A stretch of DNA of 64,000 nucleotides from positions 48,794,001-48,858,000 of the forward strand of contig OZ336882.1 of NCBI GenBank assembly GCA_965287045.1. The letters are read 5' to 3'. A program made the translations under genes and the position numbers. A model generated the notes under the pieces. The model made no database searches. It was not told the origin of the DNA and saw nothing but the letters and a program-made list of their open reading frames with translations. Positions 1 to 11,500 of the stretch are shown here, piece by piece; position 1 is the stretch's first letter, and each line of letters starts with the position of its first letter. The stretch comes from Carcharhinus amblyrhynchos. Lineage: Eukaryota.

Positions 1-59
1 ATTGTAAGCTGTACTTGTGACTAACAAATAAACTGTTCTTTATTTACTTATATAAATTG

Positions 60-925
60 AGGGTTTCTTCCTCTACTGCCAAACCAGGCAGTGAATTCCA
101 AACACCCACTACCCTTTGGCTAAAGAAATTTTTCCTCATGACCTCTTCTAATCCTTTTATTGATCACCTTATTCTGTGCCTCTTGGTAACTGATGTTTCC
201 ACTGGAGGAAACAGGGCATCCTTGTTTACTCTATTTAGGCCTCTCATAATTTTGTACACCCTGGTGCGGTCACCTCTCAGTCTCCTCACTTCGAAGATAA
301 ACAACCCCAGCTTATCATCACTTCTCATAACCAAAATTTCAAGCCCTGGCAACATTCTTGTAAATCCTCTCTACTTTCTCCAAAGTGACAATGTCCTTCC
401 TGTAAACTGGCAACCAGAATTGTACACAGAACTCCAGCTGTGGCCTAGCCAGCATTTTATACAGTTCCATCATGTTTACTTGACCACCTTATACACCTGT
501 CCTTTCATGCACTCTAAGGTCTCTCATTTTCTCGACTCCTCCCAATATTTTCCTTTATATTGATTAGATTTGATTTATTATTGTCACATGTATTAACATA
601 CAGTGAAAATAATGTTTCTTGTGTGCTAGACAGACAAAGCATACCGTTCATAGAGAAGGAAAGGAGAGAGTGCAGAATGTAGTGTTACAGTCATAACTAG
701 GGTGTAGAGAAAGATCAACTTAATGCGAGGTAGGTCAATTCAAAAGTCTGATGACAGCAGGGAAGAAACTGTTCTTGAGTTGGTTGCTTGCTCTCCCATT
801 TCTCTGGACTAAATTTCATCCGCCACACTTCTGCCCACTCAACCAAACCATTGATATCATTCCAGAGGCAGGGTGCTAGGTCAGTACCAATCACTTTCAA
901 AATGCTACCATCCTGCTTCAAGCAG
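60..925 (-). mobile_element. CR1-type LINE ORF2 3' remnant, interrupted by a Rex1/Babar 3' end at 561-787
   Basis: Minus frames give LGLFIFEVRRLRGDRTRVYKIMRG (164-355) and DINGLVEWAEVWRMKFSPEK (715-921), typical of the CR1 ORF2 C-terminus. Confidence 0.85.
561..787 (-). mobile_element. Rex1/Babar-type LINE 3' end (5'-truncated)
   Basis: Minus strand encodes LKNSFFPAVIRLLN and ends tacatgtgacaataataaatcaaatc; closely similar to 41969-42317 and 61198-61550. Confidence 0.8.
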
Positions 926-1223
926 ACAGAAGGGCTGAAAATTCAGCTCTTGGGCCTTCCTGAAGCTTCTAGCGTTTCACAGTGAAGCTCTCAGTAGCAC
1001 ATTCTGTTCTTATGTTGCTGTCTGCCTATGTTTTGCTCTAATTGTCACTGTGGGCAGATGATGTAAATTGTCAATGACAGTGGTTCCACATGAATCAGAA
1101 GGATGTGTACTTTTGCACCAGCATATAGTTGAGAAAGAAAAATAGCATTTAGAACAAAATTTTCCAAGCAAGTTTCAACAATATGGCCTTAGTCCACATG
1201 GTTTGAACTTCCACAAGGTTCCA

Positions 1224-1535
1224 CGGGGCGGCATGGTGGTACAGTGGTTAGCACTGCTGCCTCACAGCGTCAGGGACCTGGGCTCAATCCCCGGTTTGGA
1301 TGACACACTGTGTGGAAAATGCACGTTCTCCCCATGTCTGGGTTGGTTTCCTTCGGGTGCTCAGGTTTCCTCCCACAGTCTGAAGGATGTACTGGATAGG
1401 TGCATGAGCCATGCTAAGTTCTCCCTCAGTGTACCCGACCAGGTGTCAGAGTGTGGCGATTAGGGGATTTTCACAGTAGCTTCACTGCAGTGCTAATATA
1501 AGCGTATTTGTGACACTAATAAATAAATTTAAACT
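1224..1535 (+). mobile_element. tRNA-derived V-SINE, type B tail
   Basis: Head ggcggcatggtggtacagtggttagcactg with A/B boxes, V-domain ggtttcc...tcccacagtc, tail tgtgacactaataaataaa. Confidence 0.9.
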
Positions 1536-1689
1536 TATGCCCCAGCCTGAATTGTATCTTCATTTAGTTTCTCTCCTGTCTCCATCATGTCCTCTTCAAA
1601 CTCTTCTTGTCCATGAGGCTTTTCCCCTGCACTCTTGACCTGCTGACCTCCAAACTACTGGCCCTCCAGAAACTTGACATCATCTAACA

Positions 1690-3297
1690 TTCACACCAAA
1701 TTCCATTTGTCCTTTACCCCTGTGCTCTGAGACCTACGCTGGCTCCCGATTAGGCAATGTCTCAATTTTATAGTTTTCATCCTTGTTTTTCAAATTCTTC
1801 CATCTCCTGACCCTCTCTATCTCTGTAATTGCCTTCAGCCCCAGAACCCTCCAGTTATTTGTGCGTTCGAATTGCTGCCCCTTGAGCAATACTAATTTTA
1901 ATTGGCCCATCTATGGTTACTGCATCTTCTTTTGCTTATGCCCTAAGTTCTGGAATATCCTACCTATACCCCTCCACTTCTCAACCTTTGAGACACACCT
2001 TAGAGCATTCCTCTTTGACAAAGCATTTGGCTTTCTGACGTACTGGACAATAACTCCCACCCAGAAATGAAAAGTGATGTCCTGCTGTGATTACAAGAGT
2101 TGAAAGTGCATTTATTTGCTCTGGAAAATGTTGTTGAAAACTCTGCTGCTCATTCTGCAGAGCCGATAGTGAGAGAGACTCTGAAGGCTCCAGCACAGCG
2201 CATCGCTGGTGAACTAAGGGAGGCCATGCCCTCTTTTTTAATGCACTGGCTGCCATGAAGCAGGTAGGCTTGAAGAGCTCAGTGAAATTTATAGGCCAGG
2301 GAAAAGGTAAATGGATGGGATTTGGCTGGTAAGGAGGTTCAGGTCAGATCAGACATCAGGGTTGGTGAGCTGGGAATGTTGGATGTCAAGGGGAGCTCAG
2401 TTTGGGGTGGTGGTGGAGGAGGCCAGGTCAGCACTGGACTTAGACTGGATTGGGGCAGGAGTGTTCCATGGACTGAGGGTCAGATGGGGGGAACCCGTGA
2501 GAGGCATGTCAGAAGGGGGTAAAGGAATACTCTTGGGAGGGTGATTAGTCAGGGAGTTGGAGGGTCCAGACTGGGACTGTCCTATGTGGGGATTGGTCTG
2601 AGTGTTTAAAATATTATGCCAAAGAAATGGCTCTTCGCAGGTCAGCAGATTTAAGCATGTAGTTAGAATAGAGCAGGTAGTCAAAATTGGGTAGGTGGAC
2701 AGAATTGGGCAGGTAGATAGAATTGGGCAGGTAGATAGAATTGGGCAGGTAGGTAGAATTGGGTAGGTAGGTAGAATTGGGTAGGTGGGCAGAATTGGGC
2801 AGGTAGATAGAATTGGGCAGGTAGGTAGAATTGGGTAGGTGGGCAGAATTGGGTAGGTGGGCAGAATTGGGTAGGTAGGCAAAATTGGGTAGGTGGGCAG
2901 AATTGGGTAATGGGCAGAATTGGGTAGGTGGGCAGAATTATGCTGAAGTTCCAAGTGATTTTATTTTTTCTAACTCGTTCAGGGTATCTATGAGTATAAA
3001 ACAAATAGAAACATCCAGAGTTAGCAATTTGAATCACTTTGTCGGACAGTTCCCAGTACAGCGCAAATCTCAAGGAGAAGTTAGCCCTTCTGGACAATTG
3101 CTGTATAAACCCTTACCTGGGATCCTATGCTTTGGGGTAGCCCCAAATCTGATGGTGGGGGCCGGGGGTTGGGGGGGGGGGGAATAATTTCTTTTTATGG
3201 CTTAATGTCATACTTTCTTTTATAATACTCCTGTGAAGCACCTTGAGATAGTTTATTACATTAAAGATGCTATATAAATACAAGCAGTATTTGTTGA
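1690..3297 (+). mobile_element. L2-type LINE 3' end split by a ~1.1-kb insertion (pieces 1690-2040 and 3185-3297)
   Basis: First piece encodes TPVLxDLRWLPIRQCLNFIVFILVFK (L2 HITPVL..LHWLP motif); second piece is the L2 tail ctcctgtgaagcacc...gctatataaatacaag. Confidence 0.7.
2660..2939. repeat. G-rich minisatellite, 18-bp unit AGAATTGGG(T/C)AGGT(A/G)G(G/A)C
   Basis: Directly visible tandem array; explains the YPILPT and TQFCPP ORFs. Confidence 0.95.
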
Positions 3298-3444
3298 AGC
3301 GTTAATTGCTTGATAGAATAATTTAAACTACTTTCAATGAAGTACATCACTGCCCCCATTCTTATTTGGATGAGTTAGTAAATAAAAGTTTTCTTTTGAA
3401 GATGTTATACAGTAATCTTATGCCAAGGAAATGGCTCTTTGCAG

Positions 3445-3825
3445 GTAGGTAGAATTAAGCGTGTAGTTAGAATTGAGCAGGTAGTCAGAATTGGGTAGGT
3501 AGGCAGAATTGGGTAGTGGGCAGAATTGGGTAGTGGGCAGGATTGGGTAGGTAGGCAGAATTGGGTAGTGGGCAGAATTGGGTAGTGGGCAGAATTGGGT
3601 AGTGGGCAGGATTAGGTAGGTAGGCAGAATTGGGTAGTGGGCAGAATTGGGTGGGCAGACAGAATTGGTCAGATAGGCAGAATTGCGAAGCTGGACAGAA
3701 CTGTGTAGGTAGGCAGAACTGGGTAGGTAGGCAGCATTGGGTAGATGGACAGAGTTGGGTAGGTGGACAGAATTGGGTAGATAAGCAGGTTTGGGTAGAT
3801 AGGTTGAATTGGGTAGGTAGGCACA
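3445..3825. repeat. Second array of the same 17/18-bp minisatellite
   Basis: Units agaattgggtagtgggc and agaattgggtaggtaggc, decaying toward the 3' end. Confidence 0.95.
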
Positions 3826-4034
3826 AGCGCCTATAATGTTGCACTCAGAATTTGTTGGGCCAAGAAGATTGGAAGGTTTTGCGGATGTGGAATTGATCAA
3901 CATGGCACTTGTTATATTTAAATTTAATGTGGATAACTGTGAATTACTGCATGCCTACCCACTTTTCCATTTTTGAGTCCTATGTTTCTCTGTCAATTTT
4001 TGAAAGTAGCTGCAATACCTGTTAGTCCTTTAGG

Positions 4035-4315
4035 ACAGTAAGAAGTCTCATAACACCAGGTTAAAGTCCAACAGGTTTATTTGGCACTTGCTTTTGGAGC
4101 CTCAGTCTCCTTCATCAGGTGAGTGAGGACTTGTGACTGGGGTAAGCACAGTAAGAAGTCTCACGGCACCAGGTTAAAGTGCTCACTCACAAGTCCTCAC
4201 TCACCTGATGAAGGAGCCTGAGACTCTGAAAGCAAGTGCCAAATAAACCTGTTGGACTTTAACCTGGTGTTGTGAGACTGTGCTTACCCCAGTCCAACGC
4301 CGGCATCTCCACATC
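4035..4315 (+). mobile_element. Penelope-like non-autonomous element with inverted arms and hammerhead-like motifs
   Basis: Inverted arms; cacCTGATGAaggagc..actctGAAAgc at 4202-4233; TSD agtcctttagg at 4024-4034 and 4316-4326. Confidence 0.8.
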
Positions 4316-4666
4316 AGTCCTTTAGGTGGCATTGCAATACATATTTTAAATATTTAAGGTGTCACAATGCATGGGACATACTTGTAATTATTATAGAGCA
4401 TATATCATCATAAAACCTCCCACAATCACATCTTCAGATTCTTGTAAATTAGTCATAATGTTTAATGTTTTCTAAAATTTTCTTTAGCTGCTTTTTTTTT
4501 GTTAATGACTGAAGCTTCTAAAATCCAAATAAAAGCTTTCTACAGAATCAGAAAAGTAATTATCATGCAATATAGGATTAAATTTATCCATTGAATGTTC
4601 GAATGGTAATTTCATTAAAGTGGATTAACATATCTAAATTATCATTTGGTAGTACAGAACTTGAAT

Positions 4667-5672
4667 ATTGCTGAAAGCGGACAGATGCTGTTGAAGCTTT
4701 TTGTCTTGCACTCATCAGGACAATTCACAAGAATAGCAAATGTAAAGGGAACAGCAATTTACACTAAATGAAAAGAGAGTGCTTATTGGTTAGCAAGTGT
4801 ACTCTGATTGGTCGACATATTGCCATGGAGAGTGCACCAGTTAACTGATAACTAATTGTTAATTGGTAGGCTTTGTTTAAATTCAAACCAGGCAGTTTGA
4901 CTCAGATTGGACAAGGCATTGCTTTGGAGAATGTACCAGACAATGGCTGTCACCTCTTTTGTTTAGTTGAAACAGGTGCAATGTGTACCTGTTTTTTATG
5001 TGATCAAAGAACAGACCCCTATGCATTAACATATATAGTTTCTAACATGTATAAGTGTGCAACACTGTGAGTTCTACTGATCATCTTAAATTGGTTGCGA
5101 GCATAATTCTAAGCACACTTGGATTGTTTAGCAAATATTGTCCAATTGTGGAATTACAGCTAATGTTGGACTTTGTGTTTGGACACATTGAGCAGGATTT
5201 TACGGCTTCACTCAAATGAGACCAGAAATTCCTGCCTGAGGTCAGCAGACATTTCCATTGTCCACCCTCCTTTGCTTCCATTCTGTGGTGGGTGGAGTGG
5301 TAGAATTCCGGCGATTGGCTCTAAATAACTAAACAAAATAGGTGACAGCCATTCTCTGATTTACTTCTCAGGGTAATGCCTTTGCCAATCAGAGTAATCT
5401 ACCTGGTTTGAATTTACATAAAACTTGGCAGTTAACTGTCAATCATCAGTTAACTGGTGCATTCTCTATGGCAATCCCTATACCAATCAGAGTCCACCTG
5501 ACAACCGATGAGCACTCTCTCCTCATGAAGTATAAATTGTTGCACTCTTTACATTTGACATTTGTAGGGCCGAAGAGCCTGTTTCCTGTGCTGTGCAGTT
5601 TTTTGTATTCTTATTAATTGTTCTGATGAATGCAAGACAAAAAGCTTTAACAATATGTCTTTTATCTGCAAT
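4667..5672. mobile_element. Penelope-like fold-back element with ~300-bp inverted arms, each carrying a decayed minimal hammerhead
   Basis: 4667-4970 is the diverged reverse complement of 5325-5672; gtcCTGATGAgtgcaagac(G>A)AAAagctTC on minus at 4690-4722 and a counterpart at 5620-5652. Confidence 0.75.
5190..5313. mobile_element. MITE, PIF/Harbinger-like
   Basis: ~14-bp imperfect TIRs gagcaggattttac / gtagaattccggcg; TSD att. Confidence 0.7.
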
Positions 5673-6260
5673 GTCTAAGATGGTACATTCTCAAAATATA
5701 AAATCAGCTGTTTAAATATACAGCAAGAATAAATTAATTGTATAGAGGTTTTAACATTATTGAATGCAACTTGAAGTTAGGTAACTTTCTTTGTGGATTT
5801 AATCATCTCAATTTTAATTAAATTTGATAAGATGAACTCTCATATTTTCCATCATTGTCTTTTACAAATAACTTTTTATATTAGTTTACAATTCAAGTAG
5901 GCACAGTTAAGTACTCTTAATATATCTGGTGTGCAGGTGGTTTATCCCCAATGTATTTTAAAAGTTGCTGATGAGATCATCTGAATGCTAATGCATTTGA
6001 ATAACATGTTTCTACTTTCCTGCATTCCCAAAATTTAACGGATGCATTAGTGATTTATTTTGAACTTTAATGTTCCAGCCTTTTCTAAAATAGACGTCAG
6101 AGCAATGTTATTTGAATGCTATTATCAGCAGCAAGCATAACCAGGCTTAAATATTTCGAAGCTGACCTAAAAGCTGGTTGTTAATTCAGCTCATGGCACT
6201 TTGTATAACTACTGTACCAACTTTAATATGGGCTGAAGCAATATAATATTTTGAATCATT

Positions 6261-6397
6261 GGGCAGTATTTTTCCATCCCACCCACTGTGGGAATTATTG
6301 CGGGCAGGGCAGGTAATTCAGTGGACCATTTAAAGTTCTGTTGACTTTGTGCAGGAATTTTTGGTCTTGAGGCATGCAGGGCCAGAAAATCCTGCTC
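6261..6397. mobile_element. MITE, same family
   Basis: TIRs gggcagtatttt / gaaaatcctgctc; TSD att. Confidence 0.7.
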
Positions 6398-6489
6398 ATT
6401 TTGATCTTGCTTAACATCTCTGGAATACTTACAGCTACATGGGATCCAGCAGCTCATGAAAGTAATTTACTTTTGATACTCTACTTCAA

Positions 6490-7125
6490 CTCCAGCTTTC
6501 TGCATTTTCGCATATCCTTCAATTCCCTTAGTATCCAAATATCTATCACCCTATCTTCAGTATACTCAAAAACAGAGCATATTTCTGGGGTAAAAAATTC
6601 CCAAGTTTCACAAGGAATTTCTTATCACTCTCAGTCCTAATCTGTCTCTATTCTGAGACTGTGGATTCTAGTCCTTGACTTCCCAGCCAGGGGAAACATC
6701 TTTCCAACTTAAAAGTTGTTAAGTCTCTCAATGAGACTTCCTCTCATTCTTCTTAAACGTTAGGAAATATGGATCAAGTCTGCTCAACCTCTCCTCTTTT
6801 GATCTAGTCTAGGGGACATTTGTTGCACTCCCTCGATGGCTAGTATATCCCTCCTTTGAACAGGACATAATTGTACATACATAGTCTTTGAAGTGTAGTC
6901 TCACCAAGACCGTGGATAGTTGCAATAAGGTACCTTTACTCACATGTTACAATCTCTTTGTTAAAAAAAAAGACCAACATGCATTCACTTTCCAAATTGC
7001 TTGCTTGTACCTGCATGTAAACTTTGTGAGTTGAGTACAATGCCTGCATTTCTCACTCTCTCCCTATTAAAATTATATTCTGCTTTTCTATTTTTTTCCT
7101 CCACCGAGGCAGAGAACTTCACACG
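6490..7125 (-). mobile_element. Old CR1-type LINE 3' remnant
   Basis: Reverse complement resembles the CR1 3' ends at 16400-17125 and 44440-45190; heavily decayed. Confidence 0.65.
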
Positions 7126-7862
7126 TCAGTGCTCTTTAACATAAACACGGACAAATGTCTGGCAATGCGTTCGCCATTAAATCAATCTTGTAATTGTGAT
7201 GACATTCACAGGCTGCTGAATCCTTGTTCTTTTGGCAGCATTCAGCCTATTTAGTTGAATTACTGCCTTGTGACTCAGCAAGAGCTATTTATTTTCCTAT
7301 ACCAACTGACTTATTTTTGTTGGACTTTTTGAACATTTGGTCCTCTATTTAACATCCATTGTTTCTATTGTGTCTGCTGTGTTAGCAGCACAAGAATGAT
7401 TAATGGCTTCTTTTGGAAGGATAGAGATAGGACAAATGTGTTCAGTCATTAGATTAAGAGTGGGAATTGAAATTCCCACCCTAAGTCAATGGATGTTTGG
7501 CTGCTGCCCAAATTCTCCAGTTCCGCTGCTCGGATCCCTGCTGCGGGTGGGACTGGAGAATCCTGGCCTAAAAGTTTTGAATTACTCTTAATTTATGTTG
7601 TAATCTATTATCCTCAGTCAGGTTCTTGTTGTTCAATCACTCTACATTTCTCCACATAACCTCTACATTCTGAAACAGCTAGATGCAACTGGGTTGCCAT
7701 AGTAATAAACTTTATTTCAAGATTTTTTTTAAAGCTCTTTCTTGTATGGATGAGTGAGCAGTTATATTCAATGTCAAGGTTAACAATTTGTTGTTCCTTG
7801 AAGGTAATTCAGATAGTCACAGTTGTCAAGGTAGGATTTGCTAATGAATCTATTTCCAGGCC

Positions 7863-8182
7863 CATAGAATCCCTACAGTGCAGAAAGAGACCATTCGGTT
7901 CATTGAGTCTGAACCAACCACAATCCCACCTGGGCCTAATCCCTGTAATTCCACTTATTTACCCTATTAGTCCTCCTGACACTAAGGGGCAATTTACTAT
8001 AGCCAATCAACCAAACCGAACATCTTTGGACTGTGGGAGGAAAATGGAGCATCCAGAGGAAGCCCACTCAGACATGGGGAGAATGTGCAAACTCCACACA
8101 GAACAGTCACCCAGACTGAAATTGAATCCAGTCCCTGGCACTGTGAGGCAGCAGTGCTGATCACTGTACCACCAGGCCACCT
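7863..8182 (-). mobile_element. HE1-like V-SINE (CR1-type tail)
   Basis: tRNA head, V-domain and tail ...ctgcactgtagggattctatg on minus. Confidence 0.9.
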
Positions 8183-8225
8183 GCTCTTCCAAACTAAACT
8201 GAATCCAGAATAAAGTCAGTTCCAG

Positions 8226-8512
8226 GTGGCACATGGTGAACAGCGCTACCTCACAGTGCCAGGGACCTGGGTTTGATTCTCGACTTGGGTCACTGTCTGT
8301 CTGAAGTCTGCACATTCTCCCCATGCCTGCGTAAGTTTCCTCTGGGTGCTCCAGTTTCCTCCCACAGTTTGAAAGATGTGCTAGTTAGGTCAGTTGGCCA
8401 TGCAAAATTTTCCCTCAGTATAATCAAACTGGTGCCGGAGTGTGGCGGCTAGGGGATACTTCATTGTAGTGTTAATATAAGCTTACTTGTGACACAAATC
8501 AATAAACTTTAA
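8226..8512 (+). mobile_element. V-SINE, type B tail
   Basis: tRNA head and V-domain; tail gcttacttgtgacacaaatcaataaactt. Confidence 0.9.
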
Positions 8513-11500
8513 ATGTTCCATCTTATCCAGTTCTGCAAAAGATTCTTGGAAAGAAAAGAAACTGCATTCAAATTATACCTTCTAAGTCCTTTGAAATCCC
8601 AAAATGCTTTAAGGCCAATTAAGTTGTTGTTGATACCAAATGGCACTTTTATTTTTAATACTTCTGACATTCACACTGAGGAAGGGTGATCCCATTTCAT
8701 CACCATTTCCAATTTTTAGGTGTTGTTAATTCTATTGGAATAAGACTTATAATAATGCATATATGGCAGATGAAGTCATGGCTTTAGCATCTAGTACCCA
8801 CACTCTGGAACGTCCTCCCTTCTTTTAAGACAGTCCATAGAGCCCAGATCTTTGACCATCCTAATACCTGACATCTATTTTTATCACTAATTATGAATCT
8901 GCACAAACATGCTAAGGTAACAGCCAAGGTAAAGATTAGTTAAACCATCAAGGCCCTGCCTCATTCATGTTGCCTAGATATACACATTTAATCTTCATGT
9001 AAAACATCATTTAATAATACTTAAACATACATAGGCTGAAATTTACACACCTTGGCAATGGATGGAAGTCTGTGCCGGCCATCAGTGCATCGCCAATTCT
9101 TGCCCCCTACTTTGAAGATGTCAAATAATACATGTAAGAACCAAGTAACAATTGACCAACAGCTTCAGGAGATGATGGACATGTGCCCTATTGACTGATA
9201 AAGATGGGATATTTGGCCACAGAAGGGGCAGGCCGTAACCCAGAAGAAGGTCAAAGTTACTCATTTAAAGGGGCTCCTGGCACAGGACTGTGACAGCAGC
9301 ACCAGCGAATATTGTCTGGGTACATCAGAACTTTGTGGTGGAGATTTTGAATTTATTTAAACAGTTGCAGTGGGCGAGTACTATTTTTATAACTTTTTTT
9401 ATAGCTGGAAAGTACGCATGACCTTTGTCAGGGGAGAAGGAGTATTGTTTACATTAAAGGCGTTGTACAAATGCAAGTTGCTGTTCATACTAAGTTTGAT
9501 GACAATAATGCAGCATTATTTTTTAAAAGTTTGCCCTCTTTTTGGAAGTTACATTTCCTGTGCTTAAAATATAGAATTATCCCTGAATTAGGGACAGTGT
9601 TAAGAATCATCTCAAGGCTTTAATTAAATTTCATAATTGACCACTGTAAGGTTCTTAAAGTGTGAATGAACATTTCAAATTGATACATGTACTACTTTTT
9701 GACTTTCTGATGGGAAGTTATATTACTCCTTTTAGCCTGATTGTTATCAGGAATCCCAACAAGGAAATGTGATTTCCATGAAATGGTTCCTCCATGATCA
9801 GGTTGCAACAGTCTTATGCCATTCAACTTAGAGGAGCAAATGCACTAGAGTGACATGGAAGGCATATCTAAGAATGGTAAACACAAAACACTATAAGGGC
9901 AACACTCAGCCTTGCTATTCAAAAATGGATGTAAGTTAACTTGACAAAGATGCAGAATAGTATAGAGGAACAGTCAAACTCATTGAAGTATCAACATCAA
10001 CAAGTATCTCTGAAAGGTATGCACTTTACAGGTTCATCTTCTCTCAAATTGTTTTTCCGGTATGGCAGAGGAGCATCATGTTGAGAATAGCAACAAGATT
10101 TAGTATATGTGGTCGATTCCAGGATAATTTACCAACAATATTTGAATACATGATATTAGTGCTGAAAATATGTTGCAATATACACAATTGAATTCTAAGG
10201 GAGAGTCTTTCTGATGTCTAGTCCCCAAGAGCTAAAAAAGATGCAACAATATTTGATGAAAGCACTCATCTTTTCATAAAACTTCACCTGTAAAGAAAGA
10301 AATGTCAGTAAATATTAAGAATGCATTTTTAGGACAATGAAAGAAAATACTGGTAAATATTATGATTGGTTCAAGAAGGTGGTTCATCACCACCTTCTCA
10401 AGGGCAATTCACCTTAGGCAATGCAAGCTGATCTTGCCAGTGATGCCCACATCCCATAAAATAATTCTTAAAAGTCTGAGTTATGGATTCATGCTTTTGT
10501 TTATGTGTAACAGATGTAAAAGATATAGTCCAGCGCACCCTTCTCTCTCTAAATAATGAAAGCAATGAAAGCAGCTTTTGTTCATTGGGTGTTTAATACC
10601 CTGTCTCGAGATGAGTTTAGTGGCATTTAATCAAGTGGCAGGGTGATAGGTGAGCATGCCCATCTCCTTCTGATCTCTACTCCAATTAAGTTTGTGGAAG
10701 GCAGTGTACCGTCTGCCTTCCCGCCCCTCTGTTAATTGAGGCTCTTAAATGAGTAAGGGCTTCATCTCAACCCATGATGCCAAGCAAACAGTCAGCTCTC
10801 AGGGGTACCTCTCTCACTCAGTGTCTGATCAACTTCCCTTCCTAACAGTACTGTTGGTGTTCCTAAATAACACATGGGCTGCAGCAGATTAAGAAGCTAG
10901 CTCTCACCACCAAGGCACTTAGGGATGGGTAATAAATGCTGGCCTAGCCCACAATGCCCACATCCCATGAACACATTTTTAAAATGTGATCTGGCTACTA
11001 GTAGGGTGGGGCCCATTGTGAACCATGCCCCTGCTCTCTCCGCCCCTTCAACCATTCCCTAACCCACCCCCCTCCCCAATGATGCCCTACTGCCATCCAT
11101 CATCCCTATCTGGGGTCCAGTGACAATGGTAGGCCTCAGATGGGTGCTGTTCTAGCAGAAACCACAGCCTCCTTAATGGCAAGCGTTTCACCTCTGGGGT
11201 CCTTAATCTTGGGGAAAGCTGTCTAGTTAAGTGCCTGACTGACACTTATGAGGTGTGCCTTTCATAAAAGAGCTGATGTAGGACTCTTACTGACTCTCCA
11301 GCTGGTGAGTGTGAACCCATTACCTCTATTAAACACTGCCTACCATCCTTTTCCCTGCTGCACAGTAATATTCATTTAAAATGACTTCTTACTTTTCTGA
11401 TCATGATTCCTGTCCAATTCCAACATGCTATTTCTTTGACCACTTTTATTAAAACTGACAGGCGATTCCGAACATCTGTGGGGCTTTATTGTTACATAAC

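Noticed and set aside
57-563. 168-aa plus-strand ORF
   Set aside because: Antisense frame of a CR1 remnant.
2397-3903. Long ORFs with YPILPT / TQFCPP repeats, and a superficial CRISPR-like periodicity
   Set aside because: They are translations of an 18-bp minisatellite; there are no unique spacers or cas genes, and the DNA is vertebrate.
10195-10312. Strong minus-strand splice acceptor (tactgacatttctttctttacag|GTG) followed by a 30-codon frame
   Set aside because: No recognisable protein and no partner exon; unsupported without RNA-seq.
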